Below, piece after piece: positions 16,554-24,800 of a stretch of 64,000 bases of DNA. The stretch is taken from NCBI GenBank assembly GCA_050951925.1, contig JBMNJZ010000001.1, positions 464,284 through 528,283 of the forward strand, in the 5' to 3' direction. Under the pieces are notes generated by a model. It saw nothing but the letters and a program-made list of their open reading frames with translations, was not told where the DNA came from and made no database searches. Each line of letters opens with the position of its first letter. Position 1 is the stretch's first letter. The DNA is from Saccharofermentanales bacterium. Lineage in GTDB: Bacteria > Bacillota > Clostridia > Saccharofermentanales > DTU023. The translations under genes and the position numbers were made by a program.

Positions 16554-16582
16554 ACTATAAAAGCTCTGGATAATTATGTCAA
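16554..16582 (-). promoter_or_regulatory. sigma70-type promoter of the B12 operon
   Basis: The minus strand has TTGACA (16582-16577), a 17-nt spacer, then TATAGT (16559-16554), directly upstream of the riboswitch. Confidence 0.65.
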
Positions 16583-16970
16583 TAGATAGTCTAGACTTAT
16601 TGTAGCATACTTTGGGCTTGGCAGGGCTTGGCAAAACCAAGGACCAATTTGTAGCCACGAACCAAATCTATTTATTGGACACTACCCGGTAGCGCCTTCG
16701 TTAAAAAAATAATTATCTTTATGCTTCAAAATGTTAGATCTTAACGAAGACAATTGATACAAGGGTATATATTCAGGCAAATATGTTTCGCGCTTCTATA
16801 ATTTCAGAGATAAAATGCAAATTTCGTAAAAACTCGCTCTAAAAATGTGCACCAAAAGCAAAAACTCACTCTAAAAATGTGTAAACATGATCTAAAGTCC
16901 CTCATTTTTTGTGAAATGATTGGTTTCTGAATCCTTTACCGCTATAATGAAAACAAGGGTGGTAAAATGT

Positions 16971-18332
16971 ATGCTTTATTTAAAACGAAAAATCGATACT
17001 TTCTTAAAAGAGTGGAAAGCAAATCCGGACAGAAAACCTTTGATTATCAAAGGTCCCCGGCAGGTTGGCAAGACCGAATCTATCAGAAGGTTCGGCAATG
17101 TAAATTATAAGAGCGTTGTCTATATAAATTTTGTAGAAGAACCAAAGTACAAGCTGATTACAACAGACGGATATGGCGCGGAGGATATTGTCAAAAACAT
17201 TTCCAGAATGGATCCCTCCAAGCAATTTATCGCGGGGGAGACATTAATAATCTTTGACGAACTGCAGGAGTTTCCGGATATAACGACGGCGCTGAAATTT
17301 TTTAAAACCGACGGCAGATTTGATATCATCTGTAGCGGCTCTATGCTGGGCATAAATTATCGTAGAATCGAAAGTAACAGCGTTGGCTATAAATCGGATT
17401 ACGAGATGTACTCTATGGATTTTGAAGAATTCCTGTGGGCAAAGGGCTACGAGAACACCTTTATCGCAGATATGCTCAATCATATGAAGAGCCTCACACC
17501 GTTTAATGAAGTCGAAATGTCGGTTTGCAGCGAGCTTTTTCTCGACTACTGTATCTTGGGAGGAATGCCTGCGGTTGTTCGCGAGTTCATTGAAAGGGGT
17601 ACTTTTGAGGGCTCGCTCAAACTGCAAAGACAGCTGATTATCGACTATAAAGAAGATATCCGCAAATATGCCGAGGGCATGGATCAAACGAGAATACTAA
17701 ATGTGTTCAATCACATTCCGGTCCAGCTTGCTAAGGACAACAAGAAATTTCAAATTTCCAAGGTCGCACCCGGTGCACGTTTTCGTGATTATCGAGGGTG
17801 TATAGAATGGTTGGACGATGCCGGAATTGTTAACCTTTGCTATTGCTTAAACTTTCCCGAATTACCGCTTAGCGGAAACTACGACGATACTAAATATAAA
17901 ATCTACTTCGCAGACAGCGGTATGCTTGTGGCTATGCTCGACGAAGAGGCTCAAGAAGATATGAGAGCCAATAGGAACTTAGGCGTCTACAAAGGCGCAC
18001 TCTATGAGAATATTGTCGGGGAAGCCCTAATCAAGGGTGGATACAGGCTTTATTACTACAAGCGAAGCGATTCTTCCCTGAAGCAGGACTTCTTCGTTAG
18101 GACAGCGGAATCGCTTATACCAATCGAGGTGAAGGCAAAAGGGGGAACTTCCAAATCGATGAGAACTTTGATTGACGGGGGAAAATACTCAGATATTCAT
18201 TATGGGATTAAATTTACCGGCGGCAATATCGGCTATAGCGACGAGATCTATACCTTTCCTTATTTTTGCGCTTTCTTGTTAAAGAGATATCTATCCGAAC
18301 AGAATGTCATGTCCCCACGGTTGGTCACTTAG
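16971..18332 (+). CDS. AAA-family ATPase with C-terminal DUF4143-type domain
   Basis: The start is MLYLKRKIDTFLKEWKANPDRKPLIIKGPRQVGKTE (Walker A), with ATG at 16971 after AAGGGTGG. Walker B is IIFDELQ. The C-terminal part is typical of AAA_14/DUF4143 proteins as I recall them. GC is very low. Confidence 0.75.
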   Translation: MLYLKRKIDTFLKEWKANPDRKPLIIKGPRQVGKTESIRRFGNVNYKSVVYINFVEEPKYKLITTDGYGAEDIVKNISRMDPSKQFIAGETLIIFDELQEFPDITTALKFFKTDGRFDIICSGSMLGINYRRIESNSVGYKSDYEMYSMDFEEFLWAKGYENTFIADMLNHMKSLTPFNEVEMSVCSELFLDYCILGGMPAVVREFIERGTFEGSLKLQRQLIIDYKEDIRKYAEGMDQTRILNVFNHIPVQLAKDNKKFQISKVAPGARFRDYRGCIEWLDDAGIVNLCYCLNFPELPLSGNYDDTKYKIYFADSGMLVAMLDEEAQEDMRANRNLGVYKGALYENIVGEALIKGGYRLYYYKRSDSSLKQDFFVRTAESLIPIEVKAKGGTSKSMRTLIDGGKYSDIHYGIKFTGGNIGYSDEIYTFPYFCAFLLKRYLSEQNVMSPRLVT

Positions 18333-18409
18333 TTTCTGCATATGACGTGTAAAGAACTTGTGGGAGCCTGGTATTATAGATTAATTAGAAGTGGCTGGAG
18401 GTGTTGCCG

Positions 18410-18895
18410 ATGAGAAGAAAAGACCGCGAAGTTACGGAGGTCAGGGATATCCTGAATATTGTCGGAAGGGCGAAGATTTTGCATTTGGGTCTTTTTGATC
18501 AGGAATATCCTTATATCGTGCCGCTCCATTATGGTTATGAACTTGTTGACGGGACACTTGTCTTTTTTATGCACAGCGCTGAATCAGGACAAAAATTGGC
18601 TTTGATAAGAAATAATGCAAATGTTTGTATTGAGCTGGACTGTGATATCGAGCTCATCTCCGGCGGCGATAACCCTTGTGAATACGGATCGGCATTTGCG
18701 TCGGTGATTGGCTGGGGAAGAGCGGAGATTGTCTCGGATGAAGAGGAGAAAATCAAGGGCTTAAGGCTGTTAATGGAGAATCAGACCGGTCGCGATTTTG
18801 AGATTGATAGCAGCATGGCCTCCTCGGTCGCAGTCATAAAAGTCGTTGTTTCTGAATTCATGGCAAAATCAAGACCAATGCCGCACTTGGATTAA
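18410..18895 (+). CDS. pyridoxamine 5'-phosphate oxidase-fold flavoprotein, NimA-like (COG3467-type)
   Basis: The sequence is MRRKDREVTEVRDILNIVGRAKILHLGLFDQEYPYIVPLHYGYELVDGTLVFFMHSA... The ATG lies 8 nt after GGAGG. The N-terminal MRRKDRE and PYxVPLxxGY pattern is typical of the Nim-like PNPOx family. Confidence 0.7.
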   Translation: MRRKDREVTEVRDILNIVGRAKILHLGLFDQEYPYIVPLHYGYELVDGTLVFFMHSAESGQKLALIRNNANVCIELDCDIELISGGDNPCEYGSAFASVIGWGRAEIVSDEEEKIKGLRLLMENQTGRDFEIDSSMASSVAVIKVVVSEFMAKSRPMPHLD

Positions 18896-19278
18896 TAGTT
18901 TTCTAAGAATTGAGCCGCTGTGATGCAATGAGGTTGTTCTAATTCCAGAACAAGAAAATCTTTATCGCCTGTGATTAGTAAGTCGACATTGGCAAGTATA
19001 GCTGCATTCAGGATTGGTTGATTTTTTGGATCTCGAATGAGCTTTTCAGCATAGTAAGAGTCTGGAATCAGTTCGTAAGCAAGCTCTACGAGCAACACTT
19101 CTACATCTTGGGAATATTCCGGTTCCTTTCGTCTAATGACCTCCCTCAGCTCTCTAAGATTCTGCTCACAAAGCACCAGCTCGTGCTCTTCGGATACTTT
19201 GAGAAGGGCTTCGGCCGGTTTGGAAGCGGGAAAAAGAATAGCCGAAATTAGTATGTTGGTATCGACAAGTATTTTCAC
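18892..19278 (-). CDS. PIN-domain toxin (VapC-like)
   Basis: MKILVDTNILISAILFPASKPAEALL... with ..ANVDLLITGDKDF.. places acidic residues as in a PIN domain. It has a 4-nt overlap with the upstream antitoxin gene. Confidence 0.75.
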   Translation of the reverse strand: MKILVDTNILISAILFPASKPAEALLKVSEEHELVLCEQNLRELREVIRRKEPEYSQDVEVLLVELAYELIPDSYYAEKLIRDPKNQPILNAAILANVDLLITGDKDFLVLELEQPHCITAAQFLENY

Positions 19279-19526
19279 TTCCCGTACCGTACTTCATTGA
19301 CCAAAGCCTGAACATCCTCTTCATTTGTGACTCCTATTTTTTCAGCCACACCTTCAAAAGCAGTCTGTGCCTTGTAAATGGCCTGAGCTGAAGCATTGTC
19401 GATGGTGATTTGTCCCTTTTCGTTTCGCATGAAAAGAACTTTATCACCGGGTTTTAGACCAAGTTCTCGACGCACTTCAAGCGGTACTGTGATTTGGCCA
19501 TTGGATGAAATCTTTGCTAAATTCAT
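19275..19526 (-). CDS. AbrB/MazE/SpoVT-family antitoxin
   Basis: MNLAKISSNGQITVPLEVRRELGLKPGDKVLFMRNEKGQITIDN is a SpoVT/AbrB swapped-hairpin motif. The ATG at 19526 follows GAAGGGAG. Confidence 0.75.
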   Translation of the reverse strand: MNLAKISSNGQITVPLEVRRELGLKPGDKVLFMRNEKGQITIDNASAQAIYKAQTAFEGVAEKIGVTNEEDVQALVNEVRYGK

Positions 19527-19800
19527 CGCCCTACTCCCTTCTATATTCAATAAAATAAAGAAATACAAGTTTTCTTGATTTTATCATAGGGCAGATGGGA
19601 AATAAAGAACAACAAATGGCTCTTAGTTTTCAATGAGCGGTAACGATATTTAATTATTCTGCAACTGAAGCGTTTTGTCGCCGTTTTACGGGTATAGTTA
19701 TGAGAAGAGGCTTTCAGGCTTTCCTTTGGTGCCTTTGCAGTACAATGGGATTATGCGGTAAAGCTTGGTTGCTGTTGGCCTTTTACGGGAGGGATGGCTT

Positions 19801-21345
19801 ATGAGATCGGAACAACTCCATGATGCGATCGGCCGGGTGGACGATAAGCTCGTAGCGGCGACAGAACGGTTGATCGATAGAAAACCGGGGCGGATGCCCG
19901 TCCGGCTCAGAGTTGTGGCGGCCATGATCGCTGTCTGTCTGGTCGGCGGCGGCGTTTTCCTGTGGAGCAAAGCCGGGCGGACCGATGCGGTTACGGTGCT
20001 CGCCGAGCCGGTCTATCCCGAGCGGGCTAGAAGGCCCTTGTATCCCTGGGTTGAAGGATCCGAACAAGCTCACTCGGACGAGGAATCCCCCGATGTTGCG
20101 GAACCCGGACAAGTTAACCCGGATGAGGGATCAGCCGATTCGGACGAAGAGAAGTGGGAGCAATATGAGAAACAATACGATATCTGGCTGGAGGACCATT
20201 CCCGGCGGATAAAATCAGTGCCGCCCGTAGACGATGAGCTGATGGCCTTCACCGAACGGATGAATCTGCAAATACTCGCCGCCGATGACGGCAGAAACCA
20301 TTTGTATTCGCCGGCAAATCTCTATCTGGCTCTGGCCATGGTGGCCGAATCCGCCGCCGGTGCATCCCGTGAGGAAATCCTGGCGGCTCTGGATGTAAAA
20401 TCGATGGAGGAACTGCGCGCCAAGGCGGCCAATCTCTGGAATTCGCAGTATGTAGATGACGGCTCTGCCAAGAGTGTGCTCGGCAGTTCGATCTGGATTG
20501 ATGATGAAGTCAAGGTAAAAAAAGATGCGATGGCAGTATTGGCTGAGATCTACAGGACATTTTCTTTTCAGGGCGATCTGCAAAAGCCGGAATTGATAAC
20601 AAAGCTCAGATCCTGGCTGAATGAGATGACCGGCGGCCTGCTGCAAGACAGTGTCAATGAATTTGCATTTTCTGAACTCGACAAGCTGGTTTTAACGACA
20701 ACTATTTTCCTGAAAGCAACCTGGGGTGAGAAGTTTAATAAGCAAATGACTGCCAAAGGCGAGTTCCATGCGCCGGCCGGAGATATTGAGGTCGACTTTA
20801 TGTCCGAAACTGCAGACATACCATATTATTGGGGAGGATGTTTTAGTGCGATCGGCAAAAGTCTGATTGATGTGGGTCATGTCTGGTTTATTCTTCCTGA
20901 CGAAGGCGTAAAGGTTAGCTCACTGCTCTCTGACCCGCAGATCAAATCCCTGCTTCGTACGAACTATCTGCAACCGTACCCTCAACAAAAAACTGTGACG
21001 GTTAATCTGAAAATACCTAAATTCGATCTGGCGAGTGATAATAATATGCCGCTCCGGGAGGCCATGCAAAAGCTGGGTGTGAAAAAGGTGTTTTCTCCTG
21101 AGGAAGCGGATCTTTCAACGATTACCGACTATAAGCCTATTTTTGTTGAAGATATTTTCCATTCGGCGCGGCTGACGATTGACGAAGACGGCGTCACAGG
21201 CGCGGCTTATACAATTATTCCTGATCCTATGGCATTGCCACCGCCCGGCGATAAAGTGGACATGGTCTTTGATCGCCCGTTCCTGGTAGTAGTCCAGGGC
21301 GCCGGCAATGTGCCGCTCTTCGTCGGCATCGTCAACCAGCCCTGA
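19801..21345 (+). CDS. membrane-anchored serpin (anti-sigma-like N-terminus + TM + serpin domain)
   Basis: ATG at 19801 follows GGGAGGG. The N-terminus MRSEQLHDAIGRVDDKLVAATERL..RLRVVAAMIAVCLVGGGVFLW has the (AIGxIDDxxV) head plus TM that is common downstream of ECF sigma genes in Clostridia. Serpin blocks are present: NHLYSPANLYLALAMVAESAAGASREEILAAL, ..TIDEDGVTGAAYT.. (hinge/RCL) and FDRPFLVVVQ. Confidence 0.75.
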   Translation: MRSEQLHDAIGRVDDKLVAATERLIDRKPGRMPVRLRVVAAMIAVCLVGGGVFLWSKAGRTDAVTVLAEPVYPERARRPLYPWVEGSEQAHSDEESPDVAEPGQVNPDEGSADSDEEKWEQYEKQYDIWLEDHSRRIKSVPPVDDELMAFTERMNLQILAADDGRNHLYSPANLYLALAMVAESAAGASREEILAALDVKSMEELRAKAANLWNSQYVDDGSAKSVLGSSIWIDDEVKVKKDAMAVLAEIYRTFSFQGDLQKPELITKLRSWLNEMTGGLLQDSVNEFAFSELDKLVLTTTIFLKATWGEKFNKQMTAKGEFHAPAGDIEVDFMSETADIPYYWGGCFSAIGKSLIDVGHVWFILPDEGVKVSSLLSDPQIKSLLRTNYLQPYPQQKTVTVNLKIPKFDLASDNNMPLREAMQKLGVKKVFSPEEADLSTITDYKPIFVEDIFHSARLTIDEDGVTGAAYTIIPDPMALPPPGDKVDMVFDRPFLVVVQGAGNVPLFVGIVNQP

Positions 21346-21455
21346 AGCGACAGCGCAGCGAGGGCGGCATCAGCAGCCTGCTCCACCGCGCCAGGGAGAA
21401 GCTCCGCTCCGAGCTGATCAGCGCCGGCTGGCTTGGTGATGAGGATAGTTCCTAA
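21345..21455 (+). pseudogene. orphan 3' fragment of an ECF/sigma-70 factor gene (region 4 only)
   Basis: Own translation gives KRQRSEGGISSLLHRAREKLRSELISAGWLGDEDSS*. The ISSLLHRAREKLRxEL helix matches the C-terminal helix-turn-helix (HTH) of sigma-70 region 4.2. There is no start codon or upstream regions 2-3, and it abuts the serpin stop codon. Confidence 0.55.
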
Positions 21456-21644
21456 TTAAAGAATCGGTATAACATTGAGTTGCTTTGTCCTAGGAAGATC
21501 CCGGATTAAAAAATCGGATTCGGCTATGGCAGCCGGGTGAACTGCCACCGGTAGACTTTATCGTGAGGAAGATTTCTGATCCTGTTAAATAAAAACGAGA
21601 CAAAACATGATTTGCCGGATGCTCTGAATGTACACGATAATCAT

Positions 21645-21690
21645 TGAAAAGCCGCCCTGTTTCTTGTTGAGTCAGCAGGGCGGCTTCTTT
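21645..21690 (-). terminator. intrinsic terminator downstream of the purine permease
   Basis: AAGCCGCCCTG (21649-21659) pairs with CAGGGCGGCTT (21676-21686). The minus-strand reading ends in UUUUC. Confidence 0.6.
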
Positions 21691-21740
21691 AGTTGTATGG
21701 TGTTAAATAGAGGGGGCCTCCAGACTAACACCTGATTAAC

Positions 21741-23087
21741 TTACAAAATGGCAAGCAGTACGAAGTTGAGAATAAACAATACTACGGACACCCACAGGAT
21801 TGGATGGACGTCTTTTGCCTCGCGCTTGCAGAGCTTTGTGATCACATAGAAAATAAAGCCTGCGGCAATACCGTATGAGATGCTGTAGCACAGAGCCATA
21901 AATACGCCGGCAAAGAATGCGGGTACAGCTTCCGTAAGCTCAGACCAATTGATCTCATTAAAGGAAGACATCATCATGATGCCGACGACAACCAATGCGG
22001 GCGCTGTAGCCGCAGACGGGATCGCGCTTACAAATGTTGCCAGAAACGCGCTTAAGGCAAAGCAGATGGCAACAACGACACTGGTGAGGCCGGTACGTCC
22101 GCCGGCGGCAATGCCGGCGGCGCTCTCCACATAAGTGGTTGTGTTGGAGGTACCGAAGATAGCGCCGATGGAAGTTGCCGTAGCGTCCGCAAACAGAGCT
22201 TTATCCATTTTGGACTTGAAGCCGGCGCTGCTCTCCATGGCTTTCTCGTCTTCCTCGCTGAAGATGCCAGAGCGGCGGCCGGTTCCAATGAAGGTTCCGA
22301 TGGTATCAAATGTATCGGACAGACTCAAAGCGAAAATCGTGATCAGAACGAGAGGGATTTTGCCGGCATCGGAGAATAAGGATCCGAGGCCATCGCCTGT
22401 GAAGATAACGCCGAAGGTCGTAGGAAGCGCTGCGACTGCTTCGGTAAAGCTTATCGTGTCTCCTGTTGCGGTTAGTCCCATGGGAATGCCGATAATTGCC
22501 GTAACGATTATGCTGAAGAGTATCGCGCCCTTGAATTTCAGAAGTGTCAGTACAACTGTCAGCACCAAACCGATCAGGAACAACCACAGAGCAGGTTTGT
22601 CAAGGATTGAAATCGCCGGTACGCCGGCATCAAAATTAATGAAGCCAACGTTGAGTAACCCGATATAGGCGACGAAGATGCCGATGCCTCCGCCGATGGC
22701 GTTCTGCAAGCTGACCGGAATGGACTTTATGATGTGTTTGCGGAGTTTGGTAACCGTTATGATAATGTTAATTACACCGCATATAAATACCATCGACAGA
22801 GCCTGCTGCCATGTGAACTTTAGCGCAAAGCATACTGTATAAACAAAAAATGCGTTGAGTCCCATTCCGGGAGCCTGGGCATAGGGCACATTTGCGACAA
22901 GACCCATTACAAGAGTGCCGATGATCGAAGAAATTATGGTAGCGAGGAATACTGCGCCCCACTCCATACCGGTTTGACTGAGAATTGACGGGTTAACAAC
23001 AATAATGTATGCCATAGCAAAGAATGTTGTTAAACCGGCCATAATCTCAGTAGAAACTGCCGTGCCATTTTCTTTTAGTTTGAACAT
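21741..23087 (-). CDS. NCS2-family nucleobase permease (AzgA/PbuG-type adenine/guanine/hypoxanthine)
   Basis: MFKLKENGTAVSTEIMAGLTTFFAMAYIIVVNPSILSQTGM... is a typical N-terminus of AzgA-type permeases. The protein is polytopic. The ATG at 23087 follows AAGGAGA. Confidence 0.8.
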   Translation of the reverse strand: MFKLKENGTAVSTEIMAGLTTFFAMAYIIVVNPSILSQTGMEWGAVFLATIISSIIGTLVMGLVANVPYAQAPGMGLNAFFVYTVCFALKFTWQQALSMVFICGVINIIITVTKLRKHIIKSIPVSLQNAIGGGIGIFVAYIGLLNVGFINFDAGVPAISILDKPALWLFLIGLVLTVVLTLLKFKGAILFSIIVTAIIGIPMGLTATGDTISFTEAVAALPTTFGVIFTGDGLGSLFSDAGKIPLVLITIFALSLSDTFDTIGTFIGTGRRSGIFSEEDEKAMESSAGFKSKMDKALFADATATSIGAIFGTSNTTTYVESAAGIAAGGRTGLTSVVVAICFALSAFLATFVSAIPSAATAPALVVVGIMMMSSFNEINWSELTEAVPAFFAGVFMALCYSISYGIAAGFIFYVITKLCKREAKDVHPILWVSVVLFILNFVLLAIL

Positions 23088-23316
23088 CTTCTGTCTCCTT
23101 TTTTGACCATTTGTCGATAGCACTGTGGTCGAGAATGGTGAAATACAAATTAGACAATAAATTGCACAATATGCCTTTATTGCCTATATTGCATTTCTAT
23201 AGTTATGCGGCGGTTGCTGTTCAGCAGAGACCCAGAACCCATCACGCTCAGAATTATACCGAAAATATGCCGAAAATGCTATATCAACTATGATAAATTT
23301 TGTCTGAATCTTGGCC

Positions 23317-23360
23317 GGCGGGACGACCCGGGGGCGCCTTCGTCTAAAAATCTGCGATGG
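23317..23360 (+). repeat. 44-bp direct repeat, left copy (contains GCGCCTTCGT core)
   Basis: ggcgggacgacccgggggcgccttcgtctaaaaatctgcgatgg matches 24998-25041 at about 40/45 positions. Confidence 0.85.
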
Positions 23361-23585
23361 TGGTGGCTTTACTGAACAATGTCGGTATGCTGAGGCTAAA
23401 ATCAATAATAGTACCTCTGTTAACACCTCGTACCATTACATACATATTCTATGATGTAACTGATAAACCCCGTTTTTGTTTGGCTTTTATCAGTTATATC
23501 TGACATATTAGAGTTTTTAGCCTCGTTTTTCAATCGTAACTGTGATATGCTGTGATCAGCCGCAAGAAAGGGGGCTATGCGATTC

Positions 23586-24800
23586 ATGATTAAACGCGAA
23601 ATGTATATGAGCCGCATTCGTCCGTTCATCGGATCTGAGCTGATTAAAGTCATGACCGGTATTCGACGTTGCGGTAAGTCGGTCATGTTGGAATTGATTA
23701 AACAAGAGCTTACGGAGTCCGGCATTAGTCCGTCTCAGTTCATCTCTGTTAACTTTGAAAATATGGCATATGCCCATCTGCAAACTGCGAAAGCTTTGCA
23801 CGATGAGATTATCAGGAGAACTGCTGGGATCGGCGACAAGGTCTATCTGTTCTTCGATGAGATTCAGGAAGTGCAGGATTGGGAGAAGTGCGTCAATTCT
23901 TTACGTGTCACTCTGGATTGCGATATCTATATCACCGGTTCTAATGCCAAGCTGCTGTCCGGTGAGCTGGCGACCTATCTGGGTGGGCGTTATGTGGAGT
24001 TTGTTATCTATCCGTTCTCTTTTGCTGAGTTTATAGAGCTGTACCGTCCCATAGCGCCGGAGGAGCCTATTCAAGAGTTTTTTCAGAAATACCTTCTGTC
24101 CGGCGGTATGCCATATCTTGCTAATATCCGCTATGCGGCTGAGCCTTCTAAGCAATATCTTCATGATCTATTTAATTCTGTTCAGCTGAAGGATATCGTG
24201 AAGCGAAATAGAATTCGTGATGTGGATTTGCTGGAGCGCATCATCGCCTATGTTATGGCCAATGTGGGAACTACCTTTTCCGCCAACTCTCTGGCGAAAT
24301 TTCTCAAGAGCGAGAAGCGTACCGTAGCACCGGAAACGATCCTGAACTACATCAAATACTGCTGTGATGCTTATCTGTTCTATCAGGTTAAGCGTGAGGA
24401 TTTGCAGGGCAAACAGATTCTCGCTTCCAATGAGAAATACTATATTGCGGACCACGGCATCCGTGAGGCTATCTTTGGCGGCAATACAAGGGATATCAAT
24501 CTCATCCTTGAGAACATCGCCTACCTTGAACTGTTGCGCAGGGGCTATGAGGTAACTGTTGGCAGAAGCGGGGACAAGGAGATCGACTTTGTATGCAACA
24601 AGAGTGGAGAGAAGCTTTATGTTCAGGTTGTCTATCTGCTGGCAGCGAAGGAAACTATTGCTCGTGAGTTTGGAGCGTATGATAACATTCGTGACAACTT
24701 CCCGAAGTATGTGGTTTCGCTGGATGAGTTTGACATGAGCCGTGCCGGTATTAAGCACCACAATATTCGGGATTTCCTTCTGATGGAGGAATGGAACTGA
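23586..24800 (+). CDS. AAA-family ATPase with DUF4143-type C-terminal domain (second copy in window)
   Basis: MIKREMYMSRIRPFIGSELIKVMTGIRRCGKSV is the Walker A region, and LFFDEIQ is Walker B. The architecture matches 16971-18332, but the sequence is clearly diverged. Confidence 0.75.
   Translation: MIKREMYMSRIRPFIGSELIKVMTGIRRCGKSVMLELIKQELTESGISPSQFISVNFENMAYAHLQTAKALHDEIIRRTAGIGDKVYLFFDEIQEVQDWEKCVNSLRVTLDCDIYITGSNAKLLSGELATYLGGRYVEFVIYPFSFAEFIELYRPIAPEEPIQEFFQKYLLSGGMPYLANIRYAAEPSKQYLHDLFNSVQLKDIVKRNRIRDVDLLERIIAYVMANVGTTFSANSLAKFLKSEKRTVAPETILNYIKYCCDAYLFYQVKREDLQGKQILASNEKYYIADHGIREAIFGGNTRDINLILENIAYLELLRRGYEVTVGRSGDKEIDFVCNKSGEKLYVQVVYLLAAKETIAREFGAYDNIRDNFPKYVVSLDEFDMSRAGIKHHNIRDFLLMEEWN

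Noticed and set aside
16340-16573. 77-aa plus-strand ORF upstream of the B12 operon.
   Set aside because: It lies opposite the cobalamin riboswitch aptamer, whose conserved blocks explain the sequence. There is no ribosome-binding site and no motif.
18410-18895. Calling the PNPOx-fold protein a nitroimidazole-resistance (nim) gene.
   Set aside because: The family resemblance (MRRKDRE.., PYIVPL) is to the broad NimA-like/COG3467 group. Most members are not demonstrated resistance determinants, so only the fold and family are reported.
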